From contig JBHGNT010000012.1 of the NCBI GenBank assembly GCA_043228905.1, positions 6,944,001 through 7,008,000 of the forward strand: a stretch of DNA of 64,000 nucleotides. The letters run 5' to 3'. The translations under genes and the position numbers were made by a program. The DNA is from Azolla caroliniana (Eukaryota > Plantae > Polypodiophyta). Of the stretch, positions 11,775 to 23,198 are shown one piece after another (the stretch's first letter is position 1; every line of letters begins with the position of its first letter). Below the pieces are notes generated by a model. The model was not told where the DNA came from, made no database searches, and was given only the letters and a program-made list of their open reading frames with translations.

Positions 11775-12229
11775 TATTATAGATCTAAGTACTAATGTAA
11801 GCTTAAGATAAGGATAAAGAAATGAAAGATAGAAAGGAGAAAGAGAAAGAAGGGTGCCGATCCACCCGACCACCCCCGAGCGAAGGGATCGAGACGGACG
11901 CGAGCCTCGATCGGCGTCCCATACCACCGCCGTGGCGTCGAGTCGTACCTGGTGCTGGCGCGCTCGCTACAAGAGTTGACCCACCACACGAGCAGAGTCT
12001 CAATGTAGTCAAAAGATCCTCAAATGAGGGTAGCTAGGCCTCTTATTTATAGCGATACCCAAGGCCCCTAGGCAAGTTCACACTTGACCTAATGGGTTGT
12101 CTCAATCCCGAGGATTAAAAGTAATCCTCCCCTTCTTTACACTCTCGTTTAACCCTCACACTTATCCACGTGTATAGAATACTACGGTAAATTCTCACCA
12201 CGGGATATTAAATGGTCATGCCTGTAACA
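11775..12229 (-). repeat. 5' LTR of element A (455 bp)
   Basis: Starts TGTTACA on minus strand, abuts the PBS, and matches 864-1258 with a few substitutions. Confidence 0.92.
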
Positions 12230-13809
12230 ATAATGGTATAAAAAGGATCCTTAGAATGCATTCGTATGATTATTTAATTTCCACCACTGACTAAGTTTTA
12301 TCTATATCGGTAGGGAGCACATATTAAGCCATATTAGATCTTGTTGTATCAAACCTTATTTGGCAATCATGTGTTGGCACTCCATTAAATAGTCTACATT
12401 TGTTCCTGGACTTATTGTGTGTTTTGTTGTCTATTTGGTCTCAAAAAACATGAGCACGGAAATAAGCTCTTGGAACAAGAGTATACATAATTATGAGAGT
12501 TGGTGAAGTTGAAATTTGAACTTATAAAAGATATCCCCCAATCCTCTTATGCTCAAATAAGTGACTATCACGTTGATCATTTTATACAGCCTCTTCAAGT
12601 GTGGGAGCATCCATAGGCCCCTTTGTAAACAAGGCCCCTTCGAAAACACTCTTGAAGGGCAATATCACCAAAATGGTACATGGGGTAAATTGCTAAAAAT
12701 CAAAATCATACATTGCGACTATATGTGGTCCTTGCCTAATGTTAGTTAAGCTAGACAAACATCTCCAAAACAAGTTTAGAGCTCTATGGTAAAGGTCTTA
12801 AGATTCTCTGATTGTGGCGTTTTTTTTTCAACAAAAAATCCATAACCCTAAGTTATTTTCAACAATTTAAACAAACAAGGGGTCATGTAAGAAGAGAGCT
12901 TATCATAAATCTTAGACTAGCACATGCCATCATATTTTTGAAAAACTACTTTTTGGCTCTAACAAATACAATGTTTAAATCAATGTGTCTTCTCTCGAAG
13001 CTTAGTCTTCATAATCTCCGAATATTTATGTAATTGACTAAGTTGGGCATCTTTCAACAACCACATTGACATAAAAACTTGTGTGCACAACACAATATCC
13101 TCCATATTAGAGAAAAGAAGAGAATTGTACTCCAAATGTAAAAAATATCGAACGAAAGGATTTTTTGTTCGAATTACCATGAACCTACAACAAATTATCA
13201 ATCTCCTATGAGCAAGAGAGAAAGAAATACTCATAAATGAATAAACTCAACCTTTTGTTGTTCCATCTATCAACCTATTACTCGACTTTAAGAATCCAAA
13301 CTTGGAGTTCCAAAGGATAATGTTTATCATGAATGATGTTATCATAATTTGTTAAATTGAATTTATGGGAGATATTTAAAGTGCCCCATGTGACGTATAT
13401 AAGCAATGTTTTCTCATTATGCTTTAGCAATGTGAAGTTGTAATTCCTAAACATAATCGCATATATAGAAGTGTCATATAATGGGGGGGTCTTCTCAACA
13501 TTTCCTTGGATTGAAAGGCTTCACAAAGAGTATATCCTACAAATGAAAATGTAGTTATCATGCATGTTAAATATACGAAGAAGTTTCCCAAAGAAAAAAT
13601 GGGAATGAAACTTTTCCCGATTGATTCGAAATTGTGTGTCGACCTGATGTCGTGGTCGTTGTCTCAATAGGTTATAAAATCACATTGTATTGACTTACTG
13701 TCCCGATTGGGGCCCGAAGCGATTAGCACACAATGATATGTGAGATAACACGGATTGGATTTGACAAAACTCGATCATGTGTCGGGTTGTTTGTTCGATT
13801 CTTGAATGT

Positions 13810-13810
<1 letters not shown>

Positions 13811-13846
<36 letters not shown>
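13811..13846. repeat. (GT)n microsatellite
   Basis: Direct reading. Confidence 0.9.
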
Positions 13847-13849
<3 letters not shown>

Positions 13850-14278
13850 ATGTATGTGTGTATCCACACTTGCACATGGATCAGGAGAAATAAGAAATTT
13901 GGATGGATATTTTGGATATATTCTAAATTTAGGGGCGGCAAAATTTTGGTAGCCTTCTTTTTCACACTTTGCCGAGAAATCCTGAAATTATCTCCAATTT
14001 CTGCGCCATTTTCTTCTTCCTCTTCTTCTCCTTCTTCCTTTTTTCTTTTTTGTTTTGTGGGCGATATGAAAAAGGAAAATGCAGATTCATATCGAGCTCA
14101 GATATTTCTGTTCTGATGTTTTGATGAATATAATCAGGATGCTCTAATTCTTCTTCTTTTCCCCTTAAATGCAATATTTCATTCGATTGATTGAGAGTTT
14201 GATGTGTTCTAATCAAACACATATATAAATTAGACTTTGATCGAGACCAAAAATCCATCGAGCCGCCAAATAATTGGC

Positions 14279-16301
14279 ATGGAATTCGTGGCGAAATCGA
14301 GTAATGGGTCATCTTCATCCTCATCACCATGTGCTGCCTGCAAGCTTCTGCGGAGGAGATGTGTCGAGAACTGTATCTTCTCACCCCATTTCCCGGCCGA
14401 TGAGCCCCTCAAGTTTGCCAGTGTCCACCGAGTCTTCGGGGCGAGCAACGTTAGCAAAATGTTGCAGGTGACAAACAACTTTTAACTCATTCCCACAACA
14501 CAAATGGATGTAGATGATTCAACAAGCTTAGAATTTTTGTTAATTAAGTTTAAGTTTCTAAGATGATCATTAAGTTTTGAATGATAGTAACATATGTGGT
14601 AATCACAACGTATGTCGGCCTAGGATATGTTTACTTTTGATTATTCGGTATGCTAATAGTGTCAGGTTTTTAATGAAGGATTTCATTGTTATTGGTATAT
14701 ATATATATATAACAATGTCAGCACTAGATTGTCCCAACAAGATTGGACCTTCATTCTTGGGGTCAATAGTATCATGTTAAATGTTATGTTATGTTATAAC
14801 TTGGGGTTTGTCAATCTTATAGATAAAGTTGGTATATCACTTATTTTCACTTTAGTCATCTTAGGCTAGGACATGGAGTCAATTCTTTAATTTGTAGTTT
14901 TAATGTTTGTCAACAAAGAGATGAGTGGTTATGGTGGGGAGAGGGTTAGATCGAGGATTTTACAAGGGTTTGATTAGTCATCTTATGGTTTAGTAATAAA
15001 GATTTTGTCAAGCTTTATTAGAAAATATTATTTAGTACTATCATCATTCACGCAAAAAGTATATGCCCAATGTCACTACTTTAGCCAAGAAATCATATAA
15101 AAATTGTGCATATCACTTTAAAGATAGGTGAAAAGCTAGGAATGATTAAGATAAGTAGTTACAAAATGTTCAAATTTTTCATATGAAATGTAAATAGTAC
15201 TTACCATTTAGTTGAAATGAATACTAGTACATAAAAATGAGTATGTTATAACACATTCTACTAGTGGAATGGTTGCTAGCATAGCTTGGATGGTCTTATT
15301 CACTATTTGGTTATTGTTGATGCCTCAAATAGGTAAGAAGACATTGGATGTGGTTAATCTAGTTATAAACAATGCAATTTTCAAAAATATCCTCCAAGGA
15401 ATGATAAAGAAAGAAAGAAAGAAGGATATATTAACGTCTTCTAAGGCCAAAATTGGCCAAAGATTGTTGACTCTTGGAATATTCTTGTTTGCTTAAGTGT
15501 GATTCATCGTCTATGAGCTACGCATAGCATGTAACTATGTGTCCTTGCCTATGTTGAAAGTTGATGGAAAAGGGAATGCCTTCCCATCACAAGTAAAAAG
15601 TGATGGACATAATTGAAATTGTGGCCCTCGGTTTGTTTTGACTAGGAAAGAGATTCTTGTGTTTAGTATTCTTGTGGGTAATTTTTAGTACCATAAGATG
15701 AACATCATGCTAGTGTCCAAATGTTCAATATTGTAAGTGTTTCTACACCATGATAATGGTGTTAGCGTAAGCAATTGTGCTTAAAACTTACTCTACTCGT
15801 TTAATAGGATGGAGGGTAAAATTTTTTTATCACTTGAAACTAGTTTAAATGGATAGGAATTGATTGGAAGGTGGATTAATATGGAAATGACAGGAAATAT
15901 CGGTGGACCAGAGGGGGGATGCAGTAAGTAGCATGGTATATGAGGCAAACTCGAGAATCAGGGACCCTGTTTATGGATGTGTGGGTGCCATTGCCAACCT
16001 GCAACGCCAAGTATTGCAATTGCAAACACAACTTGCTGTCTCCCAAGCCCAAACTGTTTATGCCCAACTCCAGTATGAACTACTCACCAACGATACCACC
16101 TCCGATCATAATTACTTGGTGCAACACCACCCCTCTTCCTCTCCCACTACCACCACCACCACATCTTATCTTACTCTCACTCCTACAAACACTTCCCCCA
16201 AACACAATCCTCAACTTCAAGCTAGTTCCCTTCAAGTGCACACCCCGACCCAGACCATTTCAGACTCTCGTTGCCTCGATCATTTCAACATATCTGAATG
16301 A
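14279..16301 (+). CDS. LBD: LOB-domain (LBD/ASL) class I transcription factor, 2 exons, ~198 aa
   Basis: Exon1 14279-14467 (CAACKLLRRRC..C block; FASVHRVFGASNVSKMLQ|GT). Exon2 15894-16301 (AG|EISVDQRGDAVSSMVYEANSRIRDPVYGCVG plus leucine zipper). Phase-0 intron. Confidence 0.93.
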
Positions 16302-16929
16302 TAAAACTAGATCGACCTCCTCTATTTCTAATGTAAATTTCACTTTGGCCCTTGTGATAATGATCGTATGATCTCCGATGCTTATATATATTATGCTCGC
16401 CTTGAAACCACTCTTGTATAAATACGCTATTTACAAGTTTAAATTTAAATATCTCTTTATCTCTCTTATAGGTGATATATTATATTAAAAGAAGTTGACA
16501 ATAAAACTCTTGCCACTTTACAAGGTGGTTTACTATATTAAAACCACACAACAATACAAAAGAAAACTTCTTGTTGATTCTATTATTATAGGAAGGTTAT
16601 TGTTTGCTAGATAAACGAGGTAAATTCTCTAAGGTGTGGCAAGGGTAAGTAACATAGAGGTAACTCGAATGAGTACAAGGTGCTCATAGAGCTTAATCAC
16701 AAGAATTATGAAATCAAAATACTTTTCAACCTACATATTTGTAAATGTTGACAGAAAATGTCAATTGGAAGTACTATGAGCAATCCTCCAACTATAATTG
16801 TATGAGGAAAACTAGCATGCGTAAATAGTGGAGTTCTTGAGTTGGTTGGTTGTGTGGAAGACTAAATGTAATACATTGCAATAACATTTTGAATGGCTGT
16901 CTCATTGTGTATTGTGCACTATGTGCTCG

Positions 16930-16932
<3 letters not shown>

Positions 16933-16995
<63 letters not shown>

Positions 16996-17004
16996 TTCTC
17001 TCTC
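16933..17004. repeat. (CT)n microsatellite abutting LINE tail
   Basis: Direct reading. Confidence 0.9.
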
Positions 17005-17005
17005 C

Positions 17006-19755
17006 TTTTTTTTCCTGTAAATCAATGTTTGTTATTAAAACAAGATGATAATACAACCCTTGCTATCTTCACTACATAAATAGTGATAGTGCAAGGGAAA
17101 CCCTCTCAAGTGTTGTAAAACTAGATGACATAAGTTCATCTCCTCTTGGGACAACGTCCCCGTACAACATAGTTGTGACAATTGTCAAATCAACTTCCCT
17201 TTCATTTTAAGGAGTTGTTGTGTTACCCCTGAAGTCCATCAAATAAGGACCCATTTCTCATGGTCCAATTAAACCACATCCCCCAATATCTAAGGTAGTA
17301 AAAAACAACCTTATATGATGGTGTGGGCATAGCTTTATCTTCATCAATAAAAGCCCACTTATAAGGTGACAAAATATTTCCTATTATCGATGCCCAAATT
17401 TGTGATATAATCACCCAAATGGCTTTAGCAACTAGACATGTAATGAATCTATGTATGACATCTTCTTGAACCACCGTACAGAAAAAACATGTCCCATTCG
17501 AAATATGTCTTCGTTTTAAGGCCATCGTCAAAGGCAACCCACCAACTATGGCATGCCAAAGAAACACCTTTGCACGAAATGGAAGATGAGACTACCACCC
17601 TGCATCTAAAACTCTACACCACCACTTTACATGTCGAGTAATTTACCATGTATCCAAAACCTTATTTGATAACCAAGCTCTATCTTCAACCAACTTATGG
17701 TACACATCATTAGTGTGCACCACAAAAATCGATTTCTCAATACAAAATGACCAATCTTTCCATGGGTCCTCGACCACCAACTCTAGAATCGGGAAAACTA
17801 ATCTAGGCAATGCCAATATTGATTACCAAATATACCCATATCCACGTGGTATATGAAACTTTTTTTTTTTTGTTCGAAAGGCCATCATTTTCCTACGTGA
17901 CTCTAAGATACCATCTTCCATAGTTACCAAACCTAGCCTTGCCATTTGATTGAACTGTGAATTTAGACTTTCGTTTCCATCCTAGTGTAATATCCTTGAA
18001 GCTGCCAACACCTTACTGCCAATGAATTTATATCTTTTCTACACTCAAGAGGCCTCCAATTAAACAAATTCAAACATCGTTGCCAAGAAAGCACCAATTG
18101 TTGAACCATAATAGATTCTGAACATTTAAATGGTTAGGTACTATTAATAACATGCCACCACAAAGCTGTAATTCTCGTTTTCCCATGGTATATACCAACC
18201 TTTTCCACAAAGTAATTAATTATTTCTACCCAAGGTTGGGTACCTATGCAGATACCTTTCAAAAGATTGAATCTTCGAGCCACCATATGATCTTCTAAAT
18301 TTAGTAAAGCAGCACCCCCTAACCATTTTGGGGTACAAATATTGTTCCATGATACCAAACGCATACCAAGGTTTGTTTGTTTCTTCCATAGTGTATATTT
18401 AAGTGAACGAGCTAAATGATCAAGTGATTTCTTTGTCCACGGTAACAATGGAAAAAAACTAAGAAATCATTGGCATCAAATTATAGCTTGTACCACTTTG
18501 AGACGAGTATTAAACGACCATGCTTGAGACTTCCAATACATAAATTTTTCCAAAATGGTTCCCGATATCCAATTCAAACTTTGCGATGATGAGATATCAA
18601 CACCAATAGGGTAACCTAAGTGCCAACACACATTCCCTTGATCTAATATTTGGCTACCCCATCCAAGGTAAACTAAATCACTCTTACTGCATCTAATGAG
18701 CATCGACTTCTGCATATTTATATGTAATCCTAACGCCAATGCAAACACATTCCGTGCCTCCATGGCTTTAGCTATATTATTAGGTGCCGCTTTGAGAAAT
18801 AAAAATGAATCATCGGCCAATGCTTGAGCGATCAATTTTTCCCTGATGGTAGAGCTAATCCAACTATTTCCCCACATGTTGCAAACTCATGCATCTTCAT
18901 GAAAATCGAGCGTGTAGCAATTGCAAATAATAATGGACTCAATGGGCATCCTTGTCTAAGTGATCTTTTCAATGGTATCGCCTTAGTAACTCCGTGACCA
19001 TTTAACTTAATGTGTGACATTGCACCTAATCCCACTAACAACAATATTCGAGACATCCTTTCCCCAAAACCCATATGTGACATAAGTTGAGTAATAAAAG
19101 ACCAAATGACATGATCATATGCCTTCTCATGTCTAGTTGTATCATTACAATTTGTTGTTTGGATTCCTTTGCATAATCCACTAACATTTGCACATTCAAA
19201 ATATTATGCAAGATGTCCCTTCCCTCAATAAACCCATATTGCATTGGATGGACCATAGTCAACAATACCTTTTGAAGTATATTTGCAATTACTTTGGCAA
19301 AAATCTTATACATCCCACCCATTAATGATATCGGTCTCCATTGAGCAAAAGAAATAGGAGATGCAACTTTTGGTATAAGTTTAACAAGCCCAACTTTCCA
19401 TGAATCAGGCATTTTAACAGAACTCCACACTTCTTGGAATATCATTGTTAGAGGGCCTTTGAGTTCTGGTACAAAGGCTTTAAAAAACTCATCCGTAATG
19501 TCATTCCAACCCGAACTTTTATCAACTACAAGATGTGACAATACATATTCCACCTCCTCCTTTATATCCTCCTCTAATGCAATCATGACATGTTGCCAAC
19601 CACTCGCCTTGACCGAGTTAAATAACATTGATCGTGCTTGTATTATGTCATCATTTAGAATATAGTCTTGCCTAAAAAGATTCGTGAAATGTTTAACACA
19701 ATTATCAATAATCACTTGTGGGTTTGTAATTCAAAGTTCCATCAATCTCTACACT
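17006..19755 (-). mobile_element. 5'-truncated, degenerate L1-clade LINE (RT + C-terminal zinc-binding domain)
   Basis: Frameshifted fragments: WRPISL, QYGFIEGRDI, LRQGCPLSPLLF, LADD, HLGYPIG, VSWNNICTPKWLGG, C..C...EDVIHRFITC. Short A-tail at 17006-17013 on the minus strand. Confidence 0.85.
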
Positions 19756-20319
19756 TACCACATTCATTCTAGCATGAGATGCATGCAACCCATGGTAAAA
19801 CTTATGTGAATAACAGTTGCGATCATGTGCTTCATTTTTCATACTCTCTCTCTCATGAACCACATAGTGTCATGAACACATGACCATTATGGCATCACCT
19901 GGACTTGAACCTCGAACCTTGTAATCCATACTTGAAAACCTCAACCATTAAGATAGCTTATTGTTATATAAAACAATAAAAGCTACTTCTTGTATTACAT
20001 TCATTATTGTAAAACCTCTAGATTATTCTAGAATGTTCTAGAATGTCCTAGAGCATTCTAGGTCTAGAACATTCTAGAACATTCTAGAAATCTCTAAGCT
20101 ATTCTATAGGAACCTATAAATAAGGGCATACATGTATTCTCAAATCAATTCGAATCAACACCAGTCTTTAGCTCTCATTACATATCTTGTATCCATCTCT
20201 TTCTTTCTCTATCTTATACATCCATTCTTCTCTTAGTATTTCGTTCCTTTCTTCTCGTGTTCTCTAATATCCATCTTCCATCACTCTATCTTTTATCCTT
20301 GGTTCTGACAGTTTGATTC

Positions 20320-20387
<68 letters not shown>

Positions 20388-20412
20388 CCTCCTTTGTAAC
20401 CATCCTGAAACC

Positions 20413-21576
20413 ATGGCTGCCATTAACTCAGAAGAATATCTCACCCTTGTTGCAGAAATGGAGAACCTTAAATCCAAGTTTGCATCTCTTGATGTAGAGA
20501 ATCAACGTCTACTTGGGGATCTACAAAAGGTTACTATAGAGAAGCAACAACAACAAGAGGAGTTCACGCGACGAGTGCAACAGTTAGAGTCGACAATCGT
20601 AGTGTTACAACAACAAAGGGTTGAAGGTCAGGGACTTATCAAGGAGCCCAAAATTAGCCTCCCAGCTAAATTTGATGGGTCGAGGGCGCATTTCCGAGGC
20701 TTCTTGAATCAAGTATGGTTGGTGATTCAAATGCATCCCGCACGTTATCCAACAGATGCATCACGAGTCGGGCTAGTGGGCACCTTATTGACTGGCATAA
20801 CGTTGTCGTGGTTTGCTCCATTGCTAGAGACCAATTCTCCTCTACTGAATAATTTCGAGGAATTTATCAAGGAATTTAAGGCTTGTTTCGGAGATACTAA
20901 TGGGGCGAGAACAACTATCAACAAGATTTGTACACTTCGTCAAGGTGATCAACCAGCTTCGACATATGCTGCCAATTTCCCTCTCATCGCAAGCAATATT
21001 CCTTGGGATGAACAAGCCCTAATGGAGCAATTCCGTTTAGGCCTTCGTAGTGATGTCAAAGACTTACTTCTTACCTTCCCCGAGGATCCAAGGTCAGTTA
21101 CAAAAGCTATTAGTCGAGCAATACGGTGTGATAATCGCCTTTTTGAGCATCGATGTGAGCGACAACAACAAATAACAAGATCAAGATTCACACCAACTTA
21201 TGCATCAGTAACGGCGCAATCATCCCCAAGGCAAATGTATAGCCCTGCTCCAACTCCAAGGCAAACACGTAGTCCAGTCCCAATGGATAGTCCTGCACCC
21301 ATGGAGATCAATATGACTCAACGACGAGGACCGTTGTCAAACGAAGAGAAGCAACGTTGTCGAGCAAACCATATATGCTTATATTGCGGAGGTCCAAGAC
21401 ATATAGCCATTCATTGCTCCCGTAGGCCGAGACGTCAGGTAAATCAAATTCATTATGACAATAAAAATGAGTCCAACATTTTAGAAGCAGTTAGTGAATC
21501 TAATATTATGAATAATCCACCCTTGTCCAATAAATTTGAAGTCCTAAGCCAATTAGAAGAGGAGTCAAACGAATAA
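20413..21576 (+). CDS. gag: B2 Gag (387 aa)
   Basis: ATG-initiated ORF with coiled-coil N-terminus, LPAKFDG capsid and a zinc-knuckle remnant. Confidence 0.9.
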   Translation: MAAINSEEYLTLVAEMENLKSKFASLDVENQRLLGDLQKVTIEKQQQQEEFTRRVQQLESTIVVLQQQRVEGQGLIKEPKISLPAKFDGSRAHFRGFLNQVWLVIQMHPARYPTDASRVGLVGTLLTGITLSWFAPLLETNSPLLNNFEEFIKEFKACFGDTNGARTTINKICTLRQGDQPASTYAANFPLIASNIPWDEQALMEQFRLGLRSDVKDLLLTFPEDPRSVTKAISRAIRCDNRLFEHRCERQQQITRSRFTPTYASVTAQSSPRQMYSPAPTPRQTRSPVPMDSPAPMEINMTQRRGPLSNEEKQRCRANHICLYCGGPRHIAIHCSRRPRRQVNQIHYDNKNESNILEAVSESNIMNNPPLSNKFEVLSQLEEESNE

Positions 21577-22529
21577 GTCCGACCAAAATAGGAGCCATTT
21601 GGTTGGACAACCCTAGATATGTACAACCTAGTGCGGGTTCCATTTCTTCCAAGCATGTTAGTAGAGTCTTCTCAGCCCTAGTACAAGTTAGGACACCCAG
21701 TTGTCAACTTCAAGTCCAAGCCCTCTTCGATACTAGAGCCAATTCTTGTTTCATGGATAGAGATTTTGCCCAAAAACACCAAATATTCTTGCATACACTT
21801 CCTTGTCTAGTTTCCGTAGTAGTGATTGATGGACGCCCCATAGCTTCCGGGAAGATATTTGAAGAGTCTGAACCAATACACATACTCTTGGGTGATTTAG
21901 GATGTGTAGTTTCCTTTAACATAATCTGTAGTCCTGAGCATCCAATTGTCCTCGGTTTGCCCTGGTTCGAGCTACATAACCCTAGAATCGATTGGAGGAA
22001 GCGAGAAATTAGGTGCCCTTTAGCAGAAAATATCATTGTCAAGAATCGAACTCGAGATTATCCTCCTAAAGTATATAGTTCTACCGATGCACCATATCCT
22101 TCTCATCAAATTTCAGCTATCACATTGCAACAATTGTACCAAGTGGGAGGCAAGAAGGACCTTTTCTTATTTGCAATATCAGTGACACCTTCTAATGTCA
22201 CTCAAGGGAATTCAGACATCCAAATTCCCAAAAAATATCAAGACTATGTTGATGTTTTCGACAAAGTCAATGCTAGTGTTCTTCCAAAGCATCAGTCGTA
22301 CGACTGTCCTATTGATCTCCAACCAGGAAAAGAGCCACCATGGGGTACGATTTACAATTTATCACCCACTGAGCTTGAGGTTCTTCGAGAATACATCGAG
22401 GAAAATCTTGCACATGGGTTTATTCGACATGTTGGGATTTCGGTCCCTCCGGATGGGATGTCCGGAGATGAATGACGGCAAGCCCGGTTGCGATTACGGA
22501 ACCGGATGATGAATAGTACCCGGCATGAA

Positions 22530-22676
22530 GCCGGATGAAGAGACCCCGGTTACGGAGCCGGATGACGAAGACCCGGTTACGGAGCCGGATGATGAAGACC
22601 CCGGCTACGGAGCCGGATGACGAAGACCCGGCTACGGAGCCGGATGATGAAGACCCGGCTACGGAGCCGGATGATG
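22530..22676 (+). repeat. ~27-bp tandem repeats in copia C U3 (also ~27353-27499)
   Basis: About 5 copies of GATGAAGACCCGGCTACGGAGCCGGAT-like units. Confidence 0.88.
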
Positions 22677-23198
22677 TATGTACCCGGAGAGAGATCCGGA
22701 TGCGGGGACATATTTGTGAATATGTTTGCCAAGAGCCCTTGAGGCTATATTTGTAAATAGCCCGAAAGTCATATGTGTATAAATATGACTTAGGGCAAAC
22801 AGTTTATTGTTGTTGCTCATTTTATGTTCTAGCCGAGAGAGCGAAGTGAGAGCAGCCTAGAGAGAGAGAGAAAGGAAGAGGTCGACGCCTCTGTGTATTG
22901 CCGCCGCCTGTGGCGAAGACAGTGAGCTCAAGGTTGTTGCCTTGTAGCTTCACCATTGTACATCTCTGTGTATAGTGTGAGTTGGAGTTTGAGGACTCAC
23001 GTGGTTTTTCCCATTTAGGGTTTTCCACGTAAAACATACTGTGTACCCTTCTCTCTATTGCCTTGGAGCATTTTGTATTTCCTGTTTTCTGTGATTTGAT
23101 CCTATTTCTCGGTTGTGGCCGAGTGCTGTTTTCAACAAAGTGGTATCAGAGCGACGGTAACACAGAAAACGAAAGGCGGCGGTAGTGGGCCTCCGGGC

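Larger units (their letters stand above)
864..12229 (-). mobile_element. Ty3/Gypsy chromovirus LTR retrotransposon 'A' (degenerate; interrupted by element B1)
   Basis: Direct repeats at 864-1258 and 11775-12229. Perfect 5-bp TSD ATAAT (859-863 / 12230-12234). tRNA-iMet PBS (TGGTATCAGA on minus, 11763-11772). Domain order gag-PR-RT-RH-IN-chromo on minus strand. Confidence 0.95.

Noticed and set aside
22535-22756. 73-aa PATEPDDED repeat ORF (also 27358-27579) and similar ORFs in D/G/H LTRs
   Set aside because: Products of stop-poor tandem repeats in U3, with no evidence of coding function.
23115-23168. ORF-track start of the copia C polyprotein
   Set aside because: Begins inside the LTR/PBS at GTG. 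The real start is 23169 (ACG) or 23199 (ATG).
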